Assembly: GCA_040954595.2 (NCBI GenBank)
Contig: CM082595.2
Span: forward strand, 7,058,193 to 7,122,192
DNA: 64,000 nt
Source of the DNA: Balanoglossus misakiensis
Taxonomy: Eukaryota > Animalia > Hemichordata
Reading direction: 5' to 3'
Positions 51,101 to 61,544 of this stretch are shown one piece after another. Under the pieces are notes generated by a model. The model saw nothing but the letters and a program-made list of their open reading frames with translations, was not told where the DNA came from and did not search any database. The first letter of the stretch is position 1. Every line of letters starts with the position of its first letter. The position numbers were made by a program, and so were the translations under genes.

Positions 51101-54100
51101 GGAGAAATAACTAAACTGCAGACTGAGTCAGTTGAGAATAAGAGAAAGCTAGTTGGAGAAATCACTAAACTGCAGACCGAGTCAGCTGAGAATACGAGAA
51201 AGCTGGTTGGAGAAATAACTAAACTGCAGACTGAGTCAGTTGAGAATAAGAGAAAGCTAGTTGGAGAAATCACTAAACTGCAGACCGAGTCAGTTGAGAA
51301 TAAGAGAAAGCTAGTTGGAGAAATCACTAAACTGCAGACAGAGAAAATGATTCTAGAGAATCAGTTGAAAGAAGCACTTCAGGAAAAGTCACTCTTAGAA
51401 GAGCAGTACAAACAGAAACTTGCAAGTGATGAGAAAGTAGCTGCCACACAACTTATGGATGTCATTTCCCTGAAGCAAAGATTGAAAGAATTAGACCCTA
51501 GAAACATCCAAGAGTTGGAATCTAAACTTGAACAACAAGAACAAACCATAACTGAGCTAAAGTCAAAATTATCTAAAATTCAGGATGAGCAATCTGACAC
51601 TGCAGAGCTGCAACTGAAAACTCTTCAACTGGAAGAAGATGCAACATTGGAAACTGAACAAGGTGAGATTGATATGAATCTGCTTCGATTATTCCTGCAT
51701 CAAGAAACCCTTGGTCAAATAAAATCTTCCAGCTCACATAGATTATAACAAATGCAAGTTTTCTTTGTTGTAAGAATTACCCAAGTACTTAACATTTCAT
51801 TTCAAATATTTGTAGGCAAACTCACACCATCTGATATGCCTCTCAAGAAAGATGACACGGGAGACATATCACCTGTAACCATGGCTACAAAAGATGAAGA
51901 TGAGCCTGTGAAACCAGCAGCTGTGCAACCTGAGATGGCATCAGAAGAAACAGGAGCAGAGAAAGCCAGACATTCACAACAGGAGACAATGGGAAAAGAA
52001 GACACTGAAGCTGTGACCAAGATGACGGAAGGAGATGGAACTGAGACTGAGCAAACAAAATCAAAACAATTTAAGACAAAGGAAAAAGGTGCACCAGTAA
52101 AACCTGTCAATAACAAACTTAGAAAGTTGGAACTACATTTACATCAATCTGATGTTGGAAAGCATGGTATAGTATACTAGTATTCTTGATAGAAAAAAAT
52201 CAGTCACAGATATCCAATGAGATGAATAAACATTCAATGTTGGTTCAATCTGATGTTGGAAAGCAGTACCCGGTATATTCTTGACAGAGGAAAATGAGAT
52301 ATCCCATAAGAAATAAGAAAACATTCCATTAAATATCAGCCAAACTTAATCAGATTAATTGACAGCACTATATTTTCATTGTTTGATCACTTTCTTTTGC
52401 AGAAGAAAAGCAATCCAAAGGTGTCATCAGAAAGATAAGGAGATTTTTTGGTGGAAGTAAAGAAACTGCTGGTGATTCAGGGACTACAGGAAGTAAAGAA
52501 ATATCTGAGGATACAAAGAGAGCCAGTGTTTCAGCAGAACCTTCTAAAACAGGTATGTGCATTTCATCTCAGTGTTGGAAAATAACAGTTGAATACATGT
52601 GTTGATACTAAGGGACCAGTTGATTCAAAACTTCAAGTAAATATTGAATCATTGGTTGCCAGACTTCTACCGGTACTACCAAACTGCATTGTGTGTAAAT
52701 GTATAACATAAGAAAACTTGATGACATAACATTTATGGCACTTACCAGAAACCTTGACATCACAAAGCACATGAGGCAAGATGAGAATAGAGGTCTGGTC
52801 ACCAACAATTCAGAGAGTTCAAAATCATTATAAGAAACTTTTCACTTGATCAAACATAAACAAAGTAACGTCAGAAGATACCAACCTTGTCAAATTTGAA
52901 TTCAATAATTCTTTGCAAGAATAGATTGGCTGTCTGGTGATTGATGAATACTTTTGTCTGTAAAATATAAAAATCAAAATGCGTGCAGATATTGACTCAA
53001 TATCAATATCATGTGGATTAGATTAATTTTGCTATGATCAATTCTGCAAGAGCATTTGATGGAGCATCAAGGTGTACCAGAATAGGAAAAGAAAAGCTAT
53101 GAGCCAATTTGTGTGTAAATGTCCAATGTACAAGTAGGCTGATTATTTGCAGATACAGACAGCATAAAGCAATATAAAATACCGGTACACCAGTGGTTCA
53201 GCCTTTGTTTTGATTGGTATGGTTGAATCCATACACAAGAAAAAGGGGTGAAAGGTTCAGTCTTTGTTACAGTGGCCAGAATAAAACAACTGTGGTCCAG
53301 GGTGAAAATGCTCAATTTCTACAATTTCAACCACTAGCTACAATCATTCAATTTCTTCATTTGACTTTGGAATTGTCATATGTAGATATTCCACAATATC
53401 AAGAAACTTTAATTTTGTTATGATTATAAATAATCAAAAAAGGTAATTCAAATTAGGAACTTGCCAATTTTTTATCCAAGTGACAATTTGGAACAGCCAG
53501 TGGTGTTGAAACAGACTATTTATCATGACTCATCCTAAGTAACTGCAGGTTTTCCATCTCTCAGATCATCTGAAATGATGTCACTATATAAGTAAGTGGT
53601 TAGGGTGTACTCTTGCAAAAAAAGATATCACTATTTCCAACCATGCATTTTACTTTCCAATAAATTCTCTAAAGTTAGAAAGGTTTACACCAATAATTTC
53701 TCAAGGGTTTATTCACAAAAATATTCACCAGGTCAAAGAAAGTACACGCCCTCTCAGCTAAGGAGTAGATAATTCTTCTCTGTTCACCAATATGACAATT
53801 ACTGATTGAAAAGCAGAGACCATCTCTGGTTGGCTGGGAAAAGAAACAAAATCTTTGGCACAACAACATTACAGATAGTACATAAAGTTAGAAATACTTT
53901 GTATTATAATAGTCTGTCAATAAAATGACAGATAGGATAGCTTTTTACTTTATATTGGTACTGAAAAGCTACAAGTATAAGGTAGGCAATGATCCTTGAG
54001 ACATTGTTGAAGAATTTTTATGTAAGACCTACTAATTCCAAAATTACAAGGAAAAGATTATTTCTGTACTTATCTGTTAGGATGTGTTACCATGACAACA

Positions 54101-57100
54101 ATACTGCCACTAAATCCATTGAGCAGTTGAATAGGAACATTTTTTATGGGTTACAAAGACCATAAATAAAGTAGACAGAATTTAAAGAATCTTGAACTGT
54201 CAGTGAATTTTCTTGAGGGTCTTTGTTCTAATCATCCTACAGTGCAAAATTACGAGATGCTCGAGTCAGCAAAAAGTGATTTGGAGAAAGCTTATGATTA
54301 TATTACAGAAGGAGCGGTCGTAAGATCCAGGATTAATTGGTACGAGAAAGGTGAAAAATGTAACAAGTTCTTTTTAAGTTTGGAAAAGGTAAATAAACGC
54401 AACTCGAGTATCAGCAATTTGAAGAAAGATGAGTATACAATTATAGACAACCCAAAGAATATTTTGTGTGAAATTAAGCAGTTTTATGCCAAGCTTTACT
54501 CAAGGTGCGCCACAAACTCCAACGATGTGCATTATTTCCTGGATGCAAATTTACCAATGTTGTCAGAGAATGATAAAGTTTTGTGTGAGGGTCCTTTGAC
54601 CCCTGGGGAAGTTTTCTCGGTTCTTCTCTCCCTTCCAGACAACAAAAGCCCCGGCAATGATGGCCTTACAAAAGATTTTTACGTGGCGTTTTGGCCACAG
54701 GTGGGGAATTTAGTTTTGAATTCTCTTAATTATGGTTACAGAACGGGGGAATTTTCAAATTCACAGAAACAGAGTGTTATAACTCTGATTGATAAACCTG
54801 GGAAGGATCAACTCTATCTGAAAAATTGGAGACCAATCTCCCTTATGAATGTTGACATGAAGCTTGCTTCAAAATGCCTTGTTAAACGTATTGAAAAAGT
54901 TTTGCCCTGCTTAATTGGTGACTCCCAAGCGGCCTTTGTCCGGGGGAAAAACATTGGTGATTATATCTGTTTGATAGATGAGATTTTTCATTACACCTGT
55001 AATGCTGATATTCCAGCAATTTTATTAGCCATAGATTTTGAAAAAGCTTTTGACACTGTGAGTTGGGATTATCTCTACAATACGTTGTCTTCCTTTAATT
55101 TTGGAGTGTCCTTCATCAACTGGGTTAAAACTTTATATTTTAACATCGAAAGCACTGTAATGAACAATGGGTTTGGTACTGGCTATTTTAAGCTTGAGAA
55201 GGGAGTGCGCCAAGGTGACCCTTTGTCACCTATGTTATTTATTCTGGTTTTAGAAACACTCTTGCATTCAATAAGAAATAACCGACAGATTAGTGGTATA
55301 AATATTGGCAGTGTTGAAATTAAGGAGTCGGCGTTCGCCGACGATATGACCTGTTTTTTATCAAATGAAAACTCTGTTAGAATTGTTTTTGAAATGTTAA
55401 CTTCCTTTTATAATGCTTCTGGTTTGAAAGTCAACAAAGATAAGACAGAAGCTGTTTGGCTTGGGAAATGGAGACTTCGAAAAGATGAGGCGTTTGGGGT
55501 AAAGTGGCCCACCCCTACTATCAAGATTGTGGGGATTCATTTTTCGTATAATGAAAAAATTGCCCAGGAAAAAAATATTGTTACCCCAGTCGAAAATCTA
55601 AAAAAGGTCCTCAATATGTGGAAAACTAGGAATTTGACCATCATTGGGAAAGTTCAAGTTATTAAGTCATTGGCAATTTCCAAATTAACATATGTGCTTA
55701 CACATGTAATTTTTCCTAATGAAGTAATAGGTCGGGTTCATAAGTTAATTTATAATTTTCTCTGGAATGGACAAGACCGGGTTTGCAGGAATATAATGAT
55801 AGGGGAGGTGGGCCAAGGAGGCTTAAAAATGCCCAATTTAGATGTGATGATAAAAACAAAGCAAGTTTTACTGATTAAACGCCTGTTGAATGAGGAATGT
55901 AAACACCCTTGGAAACACTTTGTCTTACACAGTTTAGAGAAAGTCGGTGGAAAATTACTTTTTAAATGTAACTTCCGCACCAATCTTTTGCCTGTGCAAG
56001 TCTCCAGTTTTATAAATAATTGTCTTGTCACATGGTCAGAAATCAACATTATTCCAAATACTACAGACCAGGTGATTTGGAACAACAGAAATGTCCTTGT
56101 TGGAGGAAAGTCGGTTTTTTATAAGGCTTTTTCTGACGCTGGCTTTAATTTCATCTCTGACATGTTTACAGGTTTTAATAGAGTATCATGGTCTGTATTT
56201 GAGCAGAAAGGCCTGAATTTAAATCAGAAATTAAAGTGGTTAGGATTGACACTTTCTGTTCCAAACAAGTTAAAAAATTGTACCAAAGCACATAGTGCAC
56301 ATGAGCTTTGTATTTCATTAAATGGCACAATCTGTAATTTAGACACTTTAACGAAAAAGAGTTTGAAATGTAATTTGAACGACCGTATTATAGAGACTCC
56401 AAAAAGTCAAGCAACACTGGAAAAAATGTTGAATATATTTAATCTAAACTGGGAAAGAATGTATGACTTCACTTACAAGTTATCAATACATTGTAAAGCT
56501 AGAGCTTTTCAATTTAAATTACTTCACAATATTTTGTATACAAACAAACAGCTAAACAGGTACAATCCACAGAGGTTTCCAACTGCTCTTTGTGATTTAT
56601 GTAAAGTGGAAACAGAGTCCATCGATCATTTATTTCATAGTTGCAATTGTACTACTGCTCTCTGGAGAGACCTACTGTTTACGTTGGGTATCCCTCTTAA
56701 ATTGAAAAAACTACCATCAGTGTTATGTATGGTTTTGGGTGACCCAAACGAGACTTTTATAGTCAATTTCATAGCAATGCAAGTTAGAATGTACATTTAC
56801 TACTGTAAATTAAATAATAGAATTCCGAATATCACTGGGTTTATTGGTCAGCTCAAAAACATACATGAAATTGCACTTAAGATTGCAACTGCAAATCATA
56901 AAATGTATTTTCATCTTAAAAAATGGTCGTCACTAATGAGGTATATAACAAACTGAGAATACCAGATTGTATTGTTTTTTCTTTTTTCTCTTCTTTTCAT
57001 TAAGTTATGCTTCCAAAAAAAAAAAATAATTGTCATTTTTTTTTTTTTTCAAAAAATCTACTTATGTATCAAAATGACTGTTTGTCTTCCCAATAAAAAG

Positions 57101-58731
57101 TATGAAATAAAAAAAAAAAAAAAAAAAAAAAAAAAGACCATAAATAAAGTGATAATTTCAGGTAATATTTCTGCTACTTGTTTTCAAAAATAGAATTATT
57201 AACTGATATTAACATTTTGTCCAGTTTCCATGGTTACTCGGAATTTGAAAATGTGTACATATAGAGTACTTGGGCAGAAGTATATCATCGCAATAACTCG
57301 CTAAATTTGTAAAAAAAAAGGTTTAAAGTTAAATTAAAACAGTAACTTTAGCACATTGCCAATGTTTTACAAAATACATTGAGGTTCAGTTGTCATGGTT
57401 ACCAGTGAATAATGCTACCATCATACATTTTTCCTAAAAATAATGAACCAAAGAATTATCCCTGAAACTCAGTTCAAGAATTGTTATGAAATGTCTACTG
57501 AGTCAAAAGTTACAAGTAAAAGATTATTTTTGAACTGATTTCTTTGAATGTGTTACCATGGCAACATCAACGATAGTACATCTATTGAATGGTTAAATAA
57601 GATAGTCTTTCATGTATATTATAGTAAAGCTGTCAAAAAGGGACAAAGTAAATTTCCTCCTAGCTATATTGCAGAGAAAAAGAAATAGTTCAAGAAACTC
57701 ATGGTTACTCTGGTTGCCATGGTTATTTGTCACTGTAAACATTGTGTAGAAAAACTACCCCTTAGTAGTTCAGTTGTCATAGCAATGATTTGTTTCTTTT
57801 GTAATATGTTTTCTCTTGTTAAAATGAACAATAAAACACTAACTCTAGCATATTCCTAATGCATTTCAATACAGCAATACAGTTTGACCTTTGACCTGTG
57901 TTTCACCTTACAGGTCACTGGTCAATGAGGACACTGGACGGCCAAAGTCCAAAGCCAGGACGAAAGTTTAATGGACCAAGAGGTATGGTGTTCCATGCTG
58001 ACAAACTGGTGGTGTGTGACTCAGGCAACAGGGTTGTACAGATACTGAATCAAGATTACACCTGTGACAAAGTCTTGGGAAGTTTTGATGGTCAGTTTGC
58101 AAAGCCATTCCAGCCACAGGATGTAGCTGTCTCCCATGACAACATCTACTTCATAAATGATGGTGGAAATTCTCAAATTGTTGTTTGTGATCAAAACAAT
58201 AAAATTCTTAGAATAATTACTCTACCTGCAGGCGTCAATATCTGGGGCATCACTCTACTGAATGGATTTGTTTTGGTCACTGAGGTCGAAGGTCATCGGC
58301 TACTCAAGTACACCCAAGATGGTCAGTATGTTGCAGAGGTTGGTGGTTGGGGTGATGGCCAAACACAATTCCGTTCCCCATACTCTGTGGTGGTCAACAG
58401 TAAGAATGTCATCATGGTGTCTGACAGTGAAAATCACTGCATCAAGTGTTTTGATGCTGAATTGAAATTCTTGTATCAATTTGGTGTGGAAGGTGAAGGT
58501 CCTGGTCAGCTGAGGCGTCCAGACAGCATTGACGTCGATGACGACGATAATTTGTTTGTGTGTGATGATGGGAATGCTAGGATTGTGAAATGGAGATTTG
58601 ATGGAGAGTGGATCTGTGACTTATTTGAATGGAAGGTGGGATACCCTCAGTTCCTTGCAGTCAGCGGTGACAGAATTGCTGTTGGAGAGGTTGGCAGCGA
58701 CCAAATCAAAGTATTCTACAAGCAGACATAA
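45657..58731 (+). CDS. Copy C: ~1807-aa paralogue of the GT4-TRADD-N-coiled coil-NHL gene
   Basis: Exons 45657-48186, 48735-49205, 49460-49536, 49774-49852, 50257-50520, 50901-51662, 51816-52088, 52403-52552, 57914-58731. GT-AG introns, 5424 nt open frame. Coding indels versus copy B are all multiples of 3. Confidence 0.8.
48735..49205 (+). CDS. Copy C exon 2, TRADD-N-like domain
   Basis: Paralogous to 24753-25217 with a 6-nt in-frame insertion. Confidence 0.55.
51065..51334 (+). repeat. Coding 54-bp minisatellite x5 with two unit variants
   Basis: Units in order SAENTRK, SVENKRK, SAENTRK, SVENKRK, SVENKRK. Confidence 0.97.
54173..56956 (+). CDS. LINE ORF2 reverse transcriptase with C-terminal zinc finger; endonuclease domain lost by 5' truncation
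   Basis: KSPGNDG, NWRPISL, IDFEKAFD, GVRQGDPLSP, FADD, GGLKMP, CDLC..ESIDHLFHSC. The frame is open from the insertion edge to TGA at 56956. Confidence 0.95.
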   Translation, partial: RQNLKNLELSVNFLEGLCSNHPTVQNYEMLESAKSDLEKAYDYITEGAVVRSRINWYEKGEKCNKFFLSLEKVNKRNSSISNLKKDEYTIIDNPKNILCEIKQFYAKLYSRCATNSNDVHYFLDANLPMLSENDKVLCEGPLTPGEVFSVLLSLPDNKSPGNDGLTKDFYVAFWPQVGNLVLNSLNYGYRTGEFSNSQKQSVITLIDKPGKDQLYLKNWRPISLMNVDMKLASKCLVKRIEKVLPCLIGDSQAAFVRGKNIGDYICLIDEIFHYTCNADIPAILLAIDFEKAFDTVSWDYLYNTLSSFNFGVSFINWVKTLYFNIESTVMNNGFGTGYFKLEKGVRQGDPLSPMLFILVLETLLHSIRNNRQISGINIGSVEIKESAFADDMTCFLSNENSVRIVFEMLTSFYNASGLKVNKDKTEAVWLGKWRLRKDEAFGVKWPTPTIKIVGIHFSYNEKIAQEKNIVTPVENLKKVLNMWKTRNLTIIGKVQVIKSLAISKLTYVLTHVIFPNEVIGRVHKLIYNFLWNGQDRVCRNIMIGEVGQGGLKMPNLDVMIKTKQVLLIKRLLNEECKHPWKHFVLHSLEKVGGKLLFKCNFRTNLLPVQVSSFINNCLVTWSEINIIPNTTDQVIWNNRNVLVGGKSVFYKAFSDAGFNFISDMFTGFNRVSWSVFEQKGLNLNQKLKWLGLTLSVPNKLKNCTKAHSAHELCISLNGTICNLDTLTKKSLKCNLNDRIIETPKSQATLEKMLNIFNLNWERMYDFTYKLSIHCKARAFQFKLLHNILYTNKQLNRYNPQRFPTALCDLCKVETESIDHLFHSCNCTTALWRDLLFTLGIPLKLKKLPSVLCMVLGDPNETFIVNFIAMQVRMYIYYCKLNNRIPNITGFIGQLKNIHEIALKIATANHKMYFHLKKWSSLMRYITN
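54173..57132 (+). mobile_element. 5'-truncated non-LTR retrotransposon (L1/Tx1 clade) in the last intron of copy C
   Basis: 18-bp TSD aaagaccataaataaagt at 54155-54172 and 57133-57150. Poly(A) tail preceded by aataaa. Empty sites at ~8741 and ~29921 in the other units. Confidence 0.96.
57914..58731 (+). CDS. Copy C terminal exon: NHL beta-propeller
   Basis: Same length and blade motifs as 30698-31515, intact frame. Confidence 0.93.
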
Positions 58732-61544
58732 ACATCACCATGAAATACATGTCCACACGACATCAAAAACAGTGAAATTTGGGAGAAAATTTAGAGGCTG
58801 CGTCGATAAATTTACGATTGATCGCATGCCATGGCAACAAAGTTCAAACTGAACCAATGTCACTTTCACAATTTTTGGAGTTATTTTCCACATTTTGAAG
58901 TAAAATTCGGAACAGAAATTAATTGTAGGTGCAGTCGCTACATGTACTGAGTGGAGGCAAAATAAACTGAGGGAGTTTTGAGTAATTTTTGCAGTTTATT
59001 TTGAGGGATTTTGAGACAAGACTGTTTGAAACTGAATGCAATCCGTCAACTTGGAATGTAAACAATCAAAAATTGGGTTCTTTTTTCCACATTTACAAAG
59101 ACATTTTTGAAAGAAACTTATTTCAGCCTACAGTCGCTTCATGTAACGAGTATAAACAATCCAAATCTGAGTCGTTTTGGAATATTTTTACTCGTTTTTT
59201 TGATGAATTTTGACATGGAGGGGTCTGAAAGTTATGATGTGAGGTCCATTTCCCATCAGATCTCCATTGCATCCGAAAGGATGAAGGCGATTCATCAATT
59301 TATGTGTGCAAAATGATTCTAAAAACTTACCTGCAAATCGCCTGATATATATTGTATTGTGATCTGTAAATATTTCCATTCTGTAGTCCAAAATTGTTGT
59401 TATTTCAAATATGTATGAACAAGGGATGTGAACCATGTGAACGGCGAAGTTTTACCGCCATGATTTGCATATCCACTTTTGATTAATGGTGTAGAGGGCG
59501 CACTTAGAGCTCGATGAGACTAGCGTGAAAAGTTACTTTGCAGTTCTATGTTAATCAGATATGTACAGAAAGTTTGTTTTTCATTTTATTTAGTCGATTT
59601 CAAGGAGTAAAATTTCGCTGTCTGGCTGACAAGCGTTAATACAGCCATCTGATTCAGAGGCAGCAACTGAAATATCAACAGTAGGGGGCGCTATGACCAT
59701 TTTTGCTATCAGGCCGACGACTCTTGCTGTTCTCGATCGTCCTAAATGTTTTGAGGCCACTGTCCTTTTGCCCGATAGAAACATGCAGCTTTGGCAAGCA
59801 AAGATGACTTGCGCAGATTGTATCATACTCTACCATGCTTTCTTTGTTTTTAGTTGATATTTTCGTTACTAAAATGTACATAGTCAGTAAACAATTAGTA
59901 TAAAGTTGTTTATCGTGTTATTTTGAGTTTTTATTGCAAATAATCACGTTTGTATTTTTTAAAAATTTGTTTAAACTTTAAATGTAGTTGAATTTGTTTA
60001 GCTGAGAAAGTGCATCTGTATATGGCACCCTGATTTCATCAATAATTTAATGGCTGACAGTCGTATTACTATTGTTAAGTCATTTTATTGAATGCAAGAA
60101 TTTATGATGGAATTGGACGTTTGTAACTAGCATGCGAGTCAGTTTGCAACATATATCTATATGTAATAAATGGAAATGTGATAAATTAAACACCTGTGTT
60201 TGATATGCTTGCATTCATCCCCCAAAAATCCTCCTGTGTAACCACATTCATGGATAGTACTGCAAAACAAGCTAACAGACACATCTAAACCATTTGCACA
60301 CATACCCCACACAGACATAAACACTCAGAAAAACATGTTCGGTTCAAAGTTTTATTACAAATGGTAGCAATGCTGGTGTCACCAGGTTACAGTAAATCAG
60401 AATAAAACTCTCATCTGCCATTTCAAACAAAATTCTGAATTCAGAAACAGGAAAAGGAAGCTTTGCTGTATATTGTCTGCCATGTCAAAGGTCAAATGGA
60501 ACTATCATAGAATTATTCTGTCTGGTTGATACCATGGCAATCTTCGACTAAAAAAATGTCCAGGGTCAAACTACTAAGATCATGAGATGGTTTGAAGGTA
60601 GATGTAAAACGGTGCTTGTAATTGGTTAAGATTGGTATAGATACACATTACAAGCCAATGAAAAGAACAGTAACATTCAATTGGTTTTATTGCAACAAAC
60701 ACTGGATATATCTGTTTGCTTCTCACATTCCGGCAAAAATAACATGATAGCAGAAAAAAACATGGGCTCACACATTTGAAAGTAATTTGAAAGTTTTAAA
60801 TAAAGTGAAATAATCCAATATCAAGAAAGTGTAATGTGATAAATAGTTTTGTTTATTTGATTTTCACATCATTATGCTGAATCTCAAGACAGAAAACTAC
60901 AGGATTGGTTAAAGGGCCGGTAGCTATGACCATTTGACGATTTTTTCATTATTTGGTCTGCGCAAAGACAATTTCTTAGTCTGCTTGTATAAACATCTTA
61001 AAAACGCCAAGTATTCACATTGTCAGCAAAGTAAGTATCATGCAAGTGCAATGATATCATTGAGATCTGAATTTTAATCCAGGCTAAAATTCAAATGTCT
61101 ATTAAAATTCACCGTTGGGTAGGTATTAGTGTGAATTCTGGACTTTGACTTTCAGTTTTGGTTGTTTTATAATTTGCAGTTTCTAAGTTGATTCAAATGG
61201 CCGCATTATAAACCCATATCTATGTTTCCTCTTTTACTTGGAAATTAATTCCATTTTGAAATATTCTGGAAGAATTTTATTCTGATTTTATTTCTAACAC
61301 AATATTAAAGAATAATTCTCTTGTACACCTAAAGATTACTGTTTCTACAGATTTATTTTACAAAAAAATTCTTTGGAAGAAACAGATAAAAATATCTTTG
61401 AAGTTGTTTAAGACTTCCTTGTTTTCACCCACATTCAGTGGTCTTCCTTCCCCAATTAGGTATAATGGTATGTTCTGTTTATTTTAACAGGACAAGGTTA
61501 TTCTGTATCAAGGGGTGGGCAGGGTGATTTCTGAGGGGTTGTCT

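Noticed and set aside
54173-58731. Diversity-generating retroelement (RT next to a hypervariable beta-propeller)
   Set aside because: The RT is an ordinary L1/Tx1 LINE with TSD and poly(A), present in one unit only. No template repeat is visible and the variable sites are not adenine-specific.
9524-58731. Calling the NHL genes TRIM2/TRIM3/TRIM71 orthologues
   Set aside because: No RING, B-box or filamin domain appears in any upstream exon, so only the NHL fold is shared.
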